Origin: Escherichia phage AidaStucki_Bas93
Sequence record: PQ850593.1
DNA length: 64,000 bases
Strand: one strand, 5' to 3'
The translations under genes and the position numbers were made by a program. Under the pieces are notes generated by a model. That model saw only the letters and a list, made by a program, of their open reading frames with translations. It did no database searches and was not told the DNA's origin. Of this stretch, positions 9,506-19,138 are shown piece by piece; the stretch's first letter is position 1, and every line of letters starts with the position of its first letter.

Positions 9506-12500
9506 ATGGCGCTGTATCCAATAAAGTCACTAGGTGCTGTAGGCGTTATCGCTGATCAGGCTCCGACAGACTTAGCTCCTAATGCTTTCACTAATGCTAT
9601 AAATGCTCGATTTGTTGAGCAGAGAGTGTTTAAGACGGGGGGCAATGCCCCTCTTTCTTATGTAGATGAAGATAAGGATTTAACCCCTCTGTCTTTCGTG
9701 TCTATGCCTTTCGATTATTATAGCGCAGGTAATAGCTTTCTTGTTGTAGGTACGAATAAGAAGTTATATAAACTGACAGATGAAAGCTTGACTGACATTA
9801 GCCGTAAGGTTGCTACAGTCACTAAGAAGGCTTCTGCCTCAATTAAGATCTATCCAGTTGTTTCTCAAATCGTTCCTAAAGAATCAACTATTTCAATGAA
9901 CTTCAATCAGACTAAGAATCTAGAAGTTTCTCTTCTTCCTGCTGATGCTAACAATACCGACCTTGTTTGGGAGGTTAGTAATTCAACCTATGGAAGTATT
10001 GCAGTAGACCCTAATGATTCTAAACTTGCTACTCTAACATCTTTTGAGAGAGAGGGGAATCTTGTAGTAACCATCTCTACTGCTGATGATTCTGTAGTGG
10101 CTCAGATTGCTGTGAACATTATAGATGGTGATTCGGGAATCTTCTTGAGTCAGGACACTGTTACTATCCGTAAAGGAGGGACTACCACTCTTACGGCTGT
10201 TACTGGTAAAACCCCTGTTACTTGGTCTAGCAGTAATGCTTCTATTGTATCCGTAACCCCTAACGCTAATTCTCTAACTTCTGTTATTACTGCTAATGGT
10301 GAGGGCAACGTAACAATCACTGCCGATAATGGAACGAAGACTGCTTCTTGTGAGGTTGTTTCTATACCTCAGATTGATAGCATCTCTTTAAGCCAGTCGG
10401 ATGTTATTGTAAGCAGAGGTTCTCAGTACATCTTAACTGCTACCCTTTCTCCTGCTGATGCCCCTAATCAAAACATTACTTGGACCTCTTCTAATCCAAA
10501 TATTGCAACAGTATCAGGGACTAGTACACAAGGGACGATCAATGCCTTACTTGCTGGATTTACTGAGATTACGGCTACCACTGAAGAAGGTAACAGAGTT
10601 GCTGTCTGTACTGTACGAGTAGATTTAGCTGGAAGGGCGATGAGAACAAGTGCTATGGCATTTGCTGCACCTGCATCAGAACCAATTGAATCACAAGAGG
10701 AAGAAGTAGTAACTTCTCCTGAAAGTGAAGAGACGGTTTATTTTGCTGATCCTGTGTCTGGTATCGATACGTCAGGGATGTATGAAGGTAATAACTTCTA
10801 CGACTACTCTAACGTGAACGACATTGAAGGTTTTGCAAGAGCTTCTTTACTAGAAACCCCTTTGTCATCCGTAACCTTGGATGTTGTCAGTGCTTCTCTT
10901 GATGTTGGTGAGGAAATAGTTATTACAGCTACAGCTTCTCCAGAAGGTGAGTATTCCTATCAGTGGTCTGTCGATAAGACTGGTTATGTTTCTACAACTT
11001 CAGTTACTGGTAAATCTATCAAACTGGTTGCTCTTCGTAAAGGAGAGATTAACGTAACATGTACTGTCAGTCAGATGACCCAGAAAGATTACGATGCTTT
11101 TGATGACTACCCTTGGTATCACGCTGTTATCTCTAACTGTGCAGTTGCTACAACTCACTATGAAACTCCTCAGGTAAAAGAGTTCGAATCAGAATACTTT
11201 GTAGACCTTCCGGGGTGGGGTGAGCAAACAGTTGTTGATAGTGATGGAAACCCTTCAGTCAAAAAGTTTAACTGGAAATGTGAGAGAGTAAGATCTTTTA
11301 ACAACCGTCTTTTTGCTCTGAATATGAGAGAGGCTAATGCTTCTGGTGTTACCACTAACTACCCTCTTCGTCTTCGTTGGTCTAATTTTGCCAACGAGAA
11401 CAAAGCTCCTACTTTATGGGATGACTTTGCCTATGATCGAGTTGTGTCTTCGGACTTGGCTTCTAACATCGTAGGACAGACTCAGGCTTTAGAAAATGGA
11501 TATGCTGGTTACATCGACTTAGCTGACTCTAACGGCAGCTTGATTGATATCCTACCTCTTAAAGATTACTTGTTCGTTTATACAGAGTTTGAAACGTACA
11601 TTGGTTCTCCAACTAATAACACGTACCAACCTCTGATGTTCAAGAAACTCTTTAACGATTCCGGTATCCTTGCTCCTGAGTGTGTAGTAGAAGTTGAAGG
11701 TAGTCATTTCGTAGTTACTCAGAACGATGTAATCTTACACAATGGTGCAACTAAGAAGTCAATCGCTTCTAACCGTGTTAAGAATATGCTAATTAATGAG
11801 ATATGTCTGGTTAACCCTTTAGCTACTCGAGTACATTTGCATCAGGATAAGAAAGAAGTTTGGATTCTGTACGTAGGTCCGGGAGAACCAAAAGAAAGCT
11901 TCGCTTGTACTAAAGCTGCTGTATGGAACTACGAGTTTGATACTTGGTCCTTCCGTACTATTCCTTATGCTCAGTGTATCGGTCTAGTTGACCCTCCTGT
12001 TTTAGAGAGAGGTCCAATCTGGTCTGACTTCCAAGAGATCACTTGGGATGACCAATCTATCAAAGAACTCGTTTGGAGAAAGGATGCAACAAACTTTAGA
12101 CAGAGGGTTACGATAGTAGGTTCGTTCTTGAGGGGGTTCTATCAAGTGGATGTAGGTGCTCTTGATTATTTCTATGATAGGCTTAATGATAAGATTATAG
12201 AAAAACCACTGGAGATGAGGTTAGAGAGAACTGGCATTGATTTTGATAACATCACTAATGAGTGGAATCAAAAGCATATCAATAGGTTCAGACCTCAGAC
12301 GACAGGTTCTGGTACGTATACTTTTGAGGCGGGTGGTAGTCAATTCTCTAACGAGTATGGTCATCCACATACATCCAAGACGTATACGATTGGTGTTGAT
12401 AGGCATGTCTCGGTGAGACTGAACCATCCATACCTTTTCTATAATGTTATAGATAATGATGTTAACAGCAATGCTGCTATCAATGGATTAACGATAGAGT

Positions 12501-12523
12501 TTGCTGTTGGCGGGCGGAGATAA
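9506..12523 (+). CDS. large tail/structural protein with Ig-like (BIG2-type) repeats
   Basis: 1005 aa; several Ig-like segments (VTIRKGGTTTLTAVTGK..., ILTATLSPADAPNQNITWTSSNPNIATVSG); SD GGAGGaattATG. Confidence 0.55.
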   Translation: MALYPIKSLGAVGVIADQAPTDLAPNAFTNAINARFVEQRVFKTGGNAPLSYVDEDKDLTPLSFVSMPFDYYSAGNSFLVVGTNKKLYKLTDESLTDISRKVATVTKKASASIKIYPVVSQIVPKESTISMNFNQTKNLEVSLLPADANNTDLVWEVSNSTYGSIAVDPNDSKLATLTSFEREGNLVVTISTADDSVVAQIAVNIIDGDSGIFLSQDTVTIRKGGTTTLTAVTGKTPVTWSSSNASIVSVTPNANSLTSVITANGEGNVTITADNGTKTASCEVVSIPQIDSISLSQSDVIVSRGSQYILTATLSPADAPNQNITWTSSNPNIATVSGTSTQGTINALLAGFTEITATTEEGNRVAVCTVRVDLAGRAMRTSAMAFAAPASEPIESQEEEVVTSPESEETVYFADPVSGIDTSGMYEGNNFYDYSNVNDIEGFARASLLETPLSSVTLDVVSASLDVGEEIVITATASPEGEYSYQWSVDKTGYVSTTSVTGKSIKLVALRKGEINVTCTVSQMTQKDYDAFDDYPWYHAVISNCAVATTHYETPQVKEFESEYFVDLPGWGEQTVVDSDGNPSVKKFNWKCERVRSFNNRLFALNMREANASGVTTNYPLRLRWSNFANENKAPTLWDDFAYDRVVSSDLASNIVGQTQALENGYAGYIDLADSNGSLIDILPLKDYLFVYTEFETYIGSPTNNTYQPLMFKKLFNDSGILAPECVVEVEGSHFVVTQNDVILHNGATKKSIASNRVKNMLINEICLVNPLATRVHLHQDKKEVWILYVGPGEPKESFACTKAAVWNYEFDTWSFRTIPYAQCIGLVDPPVLERGPIWSDFQEITWDDQSIKELVWRKDATNFRQRVTIVGSFLRGFYQVDVGALDYFYDRLNDKIIEKPLEMRLERTGIDFDNITNEWNQKHINRFRPQTTGSGTYTFEAGGSQFSNEYGHPHTSKTYTIGVDRHVSVRLNHPYLFYNVIDNDVNSNAAINGLTIEFAVGGRR

Positions 12524-12529
12524 CAACAA

Positions 12530-12557
12530 GGGGCTTCGTGCCCCTTTTATTGTTTTT
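12530..12557 (+). terminator. rho-independent terminator
   Basis: Hairpin GGGGC-TTCGT-GCCCC followed by TTTTATTGTTTTT. Confidence 0.65.
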
Positions 12558-12567
12558 GGAGGAACTT

Positions 12568-13536
12568 ATGGGTGCAGGTGGTTTTCGTAAGAACACTGGT
12601 CGCAATAACACCACACTCCCGTACAACGTTGGGTTTCTCAATAATGTACAGGACACAGAAACTTATAACGTAGCCGTTTATGATGAACTACAGAAAGTCA
12701 GCACAGCTACTAACCAAATGTTCCAAGCTATAGATGAAATTCACGAAGAGATTGATGTTCGTATCAAAGCTCTTCATGCGATGAATCTACAATTTGATGA
12801 GCTTGAGAATAGAATTACTACAGAGATAGAAACAGCTATTGCAGACATTCAAACACAGATGGGGAACCTCTCCACTGATGATATTTGGGATAACTCTGTT
12901 CAACCTCCGGTAAAGCTAGAAAGCACAGTATCTGGCTTTAAGACAAGTATTGAAGGTAACACAACTAAAATACAGACTGTCGAAGGTATTGTTAATGATC
13001 AAGGTCAAGAGATTGCTTTAGTTCAGACAGAGATTCAAAACATTAATGGAAGCCTCTCTCAGTATATGAAGCTCTCTGAGTATGAAGCTACGTGGGGTGT
13101 TAACTCTACAGTCAACGGAAGATATGCTGGGGTCAAGTTAACTAACAACGGAACAAACAGCCAATTCCAAGTAACAGCTAACAAATTTATTGTTGGTGAT
13201 GGCAACTCTGGTAACACTCCCTTCGTGTTTGAAGGTGGGCGAGCTAGGATGGAATTCGCTGACATAAAGAACGTCAATATCACAACAGCTCAGATTGCTA
13301 ATGCTAGGATTCAGTGGGCACAGATTGATAACGTATCCATCTCCAACGCCCAAATTCAGAACTTGTCAGCGGATAAAATCACTGCTGGTTCTATGTGGGG
13401 TTCTAACTGGAGACTTACTGTTGGGGGTGACTTTGTTATGGGCGGCACAGGTGGGGCACAATTGTGGATGAATGGGAACAGGATAGACTTCTATGATGGA
13501 AGTGGTGCTCTGAGAATTAGGATAGGGAGTTGGTGA
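12568..13536 (+). CDS. structural protein with beta-helix-like repeats
   Basis: ATG at 12568 with SD GGAGGaactt (track ORF starts inside the terminator at 12538); repeats NVNITTAQIANARIQWAQIDNVSISNAQIQNLSA. Confidence 0.5.
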   Translation: MGAGGFRKNTGRNNTTLPYNVGFLNNVQDTETYNVAVYDELQKVSTATNQMFQAIDEIHEEIDVRIKALHAMNLQFDELENRITTEIETAIADIQTQMGNLSTDDIWDNSVQPPVKLESTVSGFKTSIEGNTTKIQTVEGIVNDQGQEIALVQTEIQNINGSLSQYMKLSEYEATWGVNSTVNGRYAGVKLTNNGTNSQFQVTANKFIVGDGNSGNTPFVFEGGRARMEFADIKNVNITTAQIANARIQWAQIDNVSISNAQIQNLSADKITAGSMWGSNWRLTVGGDFVMGGTGGAQLWMNGNRIDFYDGSGALRIRIGSW

Positions 13537-13537
13537 T

Positions 13538-14557
13538 ATGGCATATGGAATATGGTGTCAACCGGTAGGTCCGGGGCCAGCCGCCCCTGCCTCTCTTTTT
13601 ATAGATAGTAATTTAACATTTCCACAATATCTAGGAGCATACAATATATCTCCTTCGTGGAGTGCTAGAAATGCTTCTTTTAACGTAGGCTCTTTTGATG
13701 GTCAAGGTGAGTTATTAATTGTCCCGACTAGTAGACTTATTCAAGATTATTATGTAGGGACAGATTTAATGCCCAGTTTTAGTTATGTAACAGGTATAGG
13801 GACTTCTGGACAAACAGTAAATATTAACATAGAGCCTGCTGGAGCTAGTGGTAACAATAACAGAAACTTCCCAATGTCTTTCCAAGCATATAAACTCTGG
13901 CCTAGAGGTAATAGAAGCTACGGAATAACTTTCTCAAACTCAGCAGATTTCTTTTCTATCTCTGATAGTGGGGTTGTTGGTCAGTGTGTTTGGGCGTACA
14001 GAGGGGCTGTAGGAGACGGTTTTACTGTCCCTAATGCTGGCCCCAACGCTCTAGTATTTGCCAACTGGAATCAGGGTGGGGTGTGTGCTTCTTACAACGC
14101 AAGCAACGGTCAAATGATCATAACCCACGATAGATCAAACCAGTCTGGCAGTAACAGAGGTGCAGTAATATATGATATGAGAATTGCTGTTTTTGCTAGT
14201 GGTGTGGGTGTACCAGAACATAATGGAGGTCTGAATATATACTCTCCCGGAACTACAACTTGTGTATTCTCTACTTACAGGACTCCGTTTGCTATCAGCA
14301 GGTTCTTCCCATCTAGTGGGGGTTATACAGGTCTAGGCATTCCTATGATGTGTATGAATGTCACTAATGGAGCCATAACAGCGCAAGGTGGTGGATGGAT
14401 GTGGGTTCATGAAAGATCTCATACAATGAGTGGTACGTCAGTAGGAACAGGCTTTGGCCCACTCGTGGCTAACTGGACTGACCGATACCCAATCAACGTT
14501 AACATAAACCTAGGATTCAATTACCCAATGTTGGAAGGTTCTTTAATTTATGCATAA
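13538..14557 (+). CDS. hypothetical structural protein
   Basis: 339-aa Gly/Ser/Asn-rich ORF, abuts the preceding gene. Confidence 0.45.
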   Translation: MAYGIWCQPVGPGPAAPASLFIDSNLTFPQYLGAYNISPSWSARNASFNVGSFDGQGELLIVPTSRLIQDYYVGTDLMPSFSYVTGIGTSGQTVNINIEPAGASGNNNRNFPMSFQAYKLWPRGNRSYGITFSNSADFFSISDSGVVGQCVWAYRGAVGDGFTVPNAGPNALVFANWNQGGVCASYNASNGQMIITHDRSNQSGSNRGAVIYDMRIAVFASGVGVPEHNGGLNIYSPGTTTCVFSTYRTPFAISRFFPSSGGYTGLGIPMMCMNVTNGAITAQGGGWMWVHERSHTMSGTSVGTGFGPLVANWTDRYPINVNINLGFNYPMLEGSLIYA

Positions 14558-14566
14558 GGAGATATT

Positions 14567-15349
14567 ATGGCAATTAGAATGGGTATCGAAGAACTAGACC
14601 CAATGGTGCAACAGGCTTCAAAGAAGTATGGAATACCAGCTGCTTTGATTCATGCTGTAATCCAAAGGGAGTCTAGTGGTCGTCCTACGGTGGCCTCTGG
14701 AACTGGTCCTGTAGGTTTAATGCAGATCAGTAAAGGAGTAGCCAAAGATTATGGTTACAAACTAGAAGATAGACTTGACCCGGCAAAGAACATTGATATG
14801 GGTGCTCGTTACATCAGAGACAATCTGAAAGCTTTTAATGGTGATGTTAAGAAAGCGATGGTTGGTTATTCAGAAGGTATTAGTGGTGCTAAGCAGATGT
14901 TCGCTGGTAAAAGAGGTTTTACTTCTCAGGCTCTTGACTCAATGAATAACAAACACTTTCTCCCTTTCTATGGTGACGCATCTTCTCAGATTGCTAACCC
15001 TATTGGAGCTTTACAAGCTGTTCAGCCCGTCAACCAGTTCAGTTCGGGCTATTTAGATAGAGAGAAGGCTGCACAAGCTCCAACCCAGGCAGAGATTGCT
15101 GCTTCTAAGACAGGTGCTTTAGGCGGTAATCCTGTAGGGTTTTACTCTGATGAAGTGCAGGAAGGTGAAGACCAGAAGCCCCAACAGAACTTTGGTAATG
15201 CAGTATTAGGGTTGGCTGCTATGCTTGCTGGTAAACCTCCTACCTCTCAAACAGTTCAGAGGGCAAGTGCACCTCATGCAGCAGGTTCTCAGTACAGCCC
15301 ACAAACACAAGCAGTGCTTAGACGTCTGGCTAGCATTGGTGTTAAGTAA
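14567..15349 (+). CDS. lytic transglycosylase (SLT domain) virion protein
   Basis: SLT catalytic signature LIHAVIQRESSGRPTV...GPVGLMQI (Glu-Ser plus GLMQ). Confidence 0.7.
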   Translation: MAIRMGIEELDPMVQQASKKYGIPAALIHAVIQRESSGRPTVASGTGPVGLMQISKGVAKDYGYKLEDRLDPAKNIDMGARYIRDNLKAFNGDVKKAMVGYSEGISGAKQMFAGKRGFTSQALDSMNNKHFLPFYGDASSQIANPIGALQAVQPVNQFSSGYLDREKAAQAPTQAEIAASKTGALGGNPVGFYSDEVQEGEDQKPQQNFGNAVLGLAAMLAGKPPTSQTVQRASAPHAAGSQYSPQTQAVLRRLASIGVK

Positions 15350-15368
15350 TAATCGTTAAGGAGGACTT

Positions 15369-16421
15369 ATGTCTTTATTTGGAAAATCAGCTTCTAGCAA
15401 AACCACAGTGGCTCCTTCCTCTCAGGTTGATGCCCTGCTGAAGCAGATTGTTGCTAATGCTCAGAATATGCAGAACAACGATCAGGGATTCATTTCCCAA
15501 CAGCTGGCTGGGTTTAATGGCAACCAACAAGGTGCTCTGAACAACTTGGCAGCTTCTACTACTCAAAAGCAATTGGCTGATATGTACACACCTCGTACAC
15601 AGCAAGGGCTAGACCAACTGAATTCTCTTGCCCAGCAGTATCAGAATATTGTTAATGGTGGTGGCCTGACTGCTGACGGTGTTAATAACTTTAGTAGAGG
15701 TTTAAACAACTCAGCTCTTGCTCAAGCTACCAGTAAAGCAGCTTCCAATGTATCTCTTGGAAATGGTTCTGACTCAGGATCTCTTCGTAGAGCTGCTGCT
15801 CAGGGTGCTGCTCTTAATGGTGCTAATACAAATCTCTCTCGTACCATCAATGGTAAGAACATGGGAATTAGTGCTCTTCAACAAGATCAAAACTTCCAGA
15901 GAGGTTTGCTTGGTGCTCAGTCTGGTTTAGCTGGACAGAACCTCAATCTCGGTGCACAAGGTGTTCAGGCAACTCAGCAAGCTATCCAGAATCAACTCAT
16001 GGCTGGTAATTTACAACAGCAACAAGCTCAAGATCAAGCAGATATCAATTGGCAGAATACTATTGGTTCTCGGCAGTATGGGTGGAATCAGCTTAATAAT
16101 CAGCTTAATGTATTAAACAGTGTAAGCCCGATGGCTGGATATACGATTAAGAATGCTGCTCCGGGTATCAATACAGGACAACAGCTCCTAGGTGCTGGTA
16201 TTACTGGTTTAGGTATTGCAGGTCGTTTGGGTGCTTTCTCTCCTGACCAACAGACTCAGAATGCTTGGAGTTCCTATAACAATTCAGGCGGGCAATCTGG
16301 AATGGCTGGTCCTATGATTGGGGGTTCTAATCTTTCTCAACAGAAAGGTCAGTCTAACTGGTTATCCACAATGGGTAATAATATCTTAGGTGGTGTCTTA
16401 GGGGCATTCGGAGCAAACTAA
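15369..16421 (+). CDS. Gln/Asn/Gly-rich internal virion protein
   Basis: 350-aa low-complexity Q/N/G-rich protein in the structural block; SD AAGGAGGacttATG. Confidence 0.45.
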   Translation: MSLFGKSASSKTTVAPSSQVDALLKQIVANAQNMQNNDQGFISQQLAGFNGNQQGALNNLAASTTQKQLADMYTPRTQQGLDQLNSLAQQYQNIVNGGGLTADGVNNFSRGLNNSALAQATSKAASNVSLGNGSDSGSLRRAAAQGAALNGANTNLSRTINGKNMGISALQQDQNFQRGLLGAQSGLAGQNLNLGAQGVQATQQAIQNQLMAGNLQQQQAQDQADINWQNTIGSRQYGWNQLNNQLNVLNSVSPMAGYTIKNAAPGINTGQQLLGAGITGLGIAGRLGAFSPDQQTQNAWSSYNNSGGQSGMAGPMIGGSNLSQQKGQSNWLSTMGNNILGGVLGAFGAN

Positions 16422-16433
16422 AGGAGATTTGAT

Positions 16434-17402
16434 ATGGCTTTATTTGGAGGAGGGAATAGTAAAACTACTTCCCAAATGATTCGCCCTGAATACATTCAAC
16501 AGTATATTGACCAGCTTAACCAACTGATTGGTAATACTAGTTCAGGGGATTATGTTTATCGTGACAATGTAGGGTTTAATAATAACCAGACAGAAGCTCT
16601 TAACAACTTAGCACAATCTGGTGCTCTAGGGACTCTCTCGCAGCAATATATGGATGCAGCAGGTCAAGGGTTAGGTTATCTGGATAATGCCTATAAAGGT
16701 TATCAGAGCCTTTCTGGACAAGGCGGAGTTACTGGAGAACAGATTGGTGCTCTTGCTGGTCAACTATATGATGACGATGCTGTGCAAGCAGCTATTACAG
16801 CTAATAATGAACAAGTTCAACAAAACCTAGCACGTAATGCTCTTCCTCAGCTAGCTCAACAATATGCTGGTCAGCAGGGTTCAGGTGCTCGTATGGCTAA
16901 ATCTTTTGCTCAAGGCGATGCTCTGAATCAGATGCAAGGACAAGCAACAGATATTACCAACAGTGCCTATAATTCGGCTATCAGTCAAGCTGAAAGCATT
17001 CTCTCTGGTAATAGACAGAATCAGGCAGCTGCTCTCTCAGGTCTTTCCAATATTGGTTCTAACCTTTCTAACTTAGGTCAGCAAGGTGCTAATTTGTCTC
17101 AACAGCAAATGTTGAATCAATGGAATGCAGGGTTGCAGCAACAACAGCAACAACAGAATGAATATGATAATGCCTACCAGAATGCCCAGAATGCAGCTAA
17201 CTGGGGATGGCAGGATATCAATAACCAACTCGGTGCAGCAGGTGTACTTAACGGTGCTCTTGGACAAACTACAACTACCAAAACATCTGGTGGTGGCGGT
17301 GGCTTCTTAGGTGGAGCTATGAGTGGTGCAGCGGCAGGTTCTTCCTTTGGACCTTGGGGTGCATTGGCAGGGGGCGTAATCGGTGGGTTGGCTAGTAATT
17401 AA
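16434..17402 (+). CDS. Gln/Asn/Gly/Ala-rich internal virion protein
   Basis: 322 aa; same composition as the upstream gene; Gly-rich hydrophobic C-terminus. Confidence 0.45.
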   Translation: MALFGGGNSKTTSQMIRPEYIQQYIDQLNQLIGNTSSGDYVYRDNVGFNNNQTEALNNLAQSGALGTLSQQYMDAAGQGLGYLDNAYKGYQSLSGQGGVTGEQIGALAGQLYDDDAVQAAITANNEQVQQNLARNALPQLAQQYAGQQGSGARMAKSFAQGDALNQMQGQATDITNSAYNSAISQAESILSGNRQNQAAALSGLSNIGSNLSNLGQQGANLSQQQMLNQWNAGLQQQQQQQNEYDNAYQNAQNAANWGWQDINNQLGAAGVLNGALGQTTTTKTSGGGGGFLGGAMSGAAAGSSFGPWGALAGGVIGGLASN

Positions 17403-17415
17403 TTAGGAGACAAAT

Positions 17416-19071
17416 ATGCAACAGACAACTTACGCTCAGGTCAGAAGTCGTGACCCGAGAAATACTTTCTATGGTGTTAATCCGGGAGCGGCTTCGGCCT
17501 CTCCTTATATGGCTAGACCTATTCAGACAGCAGATGTTTCTATGTACCGACGTCCTTCTGTACCTCCATCTCTCGCAGGTCTTATCTCTCAGGCAGAAGA
17601 AGATCAGAATGCTATGGTGAATCCGGGATTCCAGCAACGTCTTATGGAACAACAGAATCGAGGAACCCCAACAAGTCTTCAGGGTATTGATATTGGAGCA
17701 CCAGCCCCTGTAGCAGCTAATCCTAATTTATCCACTGATCAGGGTTTACAAGATGCTGGACTTATGCCTAGCGACCCTCTTCCGGTAACGCCTCCTACTA
17801 AACCGCTAGAAGATGGCCCTATGGAGTTTACTCCTTCTCAAGTGGAACAGGCACAAGGTGTTGTTACTACTCTTGCTCAAGGTCAGGACACTGGAGACGG
17901 AATGGCTGGGGCTACTCGTATTAAAGATCAGGAACGTGTTAATAATGATATCATGCAAATTGCTAAAGCTAAAGACCCTTCCGAAGCTTGGAATAAACTA
18001 CAGAAAGAACCTTTCTATCAGAATTCCAGTTTCTATACAGGTTTGATGGGTGTAGGTCTTTCTATCATGTCAGGTAAATCTCCTATCGAAGCATTCCAAA
18101 TTGGTCAGGGAATGGCTAATCAAGATGAGACTAAGAAGCAACTAGAAGCTAACCGTGATGCTCTGATTGAACAAGGTTTCTCTCAAGATTCAATTGCAGC
18201 TGCTATTGCTAACGGAGATCCATCTCTTCTGAAGATGAAAGCTGTAGACCCTGCTCAGAAAGAAGCGTTGTATGCTGCTCGTGAAGAACGACAGAATGCT
18301 GAATGGGACAGACGTCAACAGATTCAAGAGCAGACTATGCGTGAGCGTGCTGAGGAAACTCGTCGTGCCGCTGAAGAAAGGGCTAATATGAACTTTGAAC
18401 GTCAGAAAGAGTTGATTGGATATCGTGATCAAGTTAAGGCTGAACGTGCCGAACAAGCTGCTCAGAGTTTTAACTTTAACCCGAAAGAAGTTCGTCTTGC
18501 TCAGAATACAGCTGAAGGTACGGTTGCTAAGCAGTGGGCAGAGAAAGGTGGCCTGTTTAACCAGTCTAACAAAGACTTGGATTTGGCTGACAAAGCAGTT
18601 AAAGATAAAGATTATCAGACAGCTCGTTCTGCTTACATGCAGGCTATTATGAACTCCGCAAGGGCTGAAATCGGTGCTACTCGTTCTCTTACCGAAGAAG
18701 ACTTGGGGCACTTTGCAGAAGACCCATCAATCTTCATTCGTGTTGGCAACAAGTTTGCACTGAAATCTGGATGGCGTCCTACTGATTCTGCTCTTGCTTA
18801 TGCTCGTAAGCAAGCTAACGTTGGTCACACCTCTGCAATGAAAGGTGTTGCTGATGCTAAGAGAGCTACGATTGAAGCTTACATCGGTTCTGGTATGGAT
18901 AAGAAGAGAGCTACTGCATTGGTTAACCGTGCAATCCCTTCTGGCGGTTTCTATGATCCTCTCGGTGTTTTCTCTGAGGAAGCAGAAGAGGCAGTTGGTG
19001 GTGCAGCAACCAATCCTAAACTGAATGGTGCTTTATCAGCTGTTGAAGACACTAGCTGGTTCACTGAGTAA
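17416..19071 (+). CDS. hypothetical virion protein
   Basis: 551-aa ORF with SD (TAGGAGacaaatATG); coiled-coil-rich centre. Confidence 0.5.
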   Translation: MQQTTYAQVRSRDPRNTFYGVNPGAASASPYMARPIQTADVSMYRRPSVPPSLAGLISQAEEDQNAMVNPGFQQRLMEQQNRGTPTSLQGIDIGAPAPVAANPNLSTDQGLQDAGLMPSDPLPVTPPTKPLEDGPMEFTPSQVEQAQGVVTTLAQGQDTGDGMAGATRIKDQERVNNDIMQIAKAKDPSEAWNKLQKEPFYQNSSFYTGLMGVGLSIMSGKSPIEAFQIGQGMANQDETKKQLEANRDALIEQGFSQDSIAAAIANGDPSLLKMKAVDPAQKEALYAAREERQNAEWDRRQQIQEQTMRERAEETRRAAEERANMNFERQKELIGYRDQVKAERAEQAAQSFNFNPKEVRLAQNTAEGTVAKQWAEKGGLFNQSNKDLDLADKAVKDKDYQTARSAYMQAIMNSARAEIGATRSLTEEDLGHFAEDPSIFIRVGNKFALKSGWRPTDSALAYARKQANVGHTSAMKGVADAKRATIEAYIGSGMDKKRATALVNRAIPSGGFYDPLGVFSEEAEEAVGGAATNPKLNGALSAVEDTSWFTE

Positions 19072-19138
19072 GACCTAAGTCCTGCCTTCCATAATGTATA
19101 TAGGAGGTAGGACATTTTTATTTATAAAAGGAGACGTT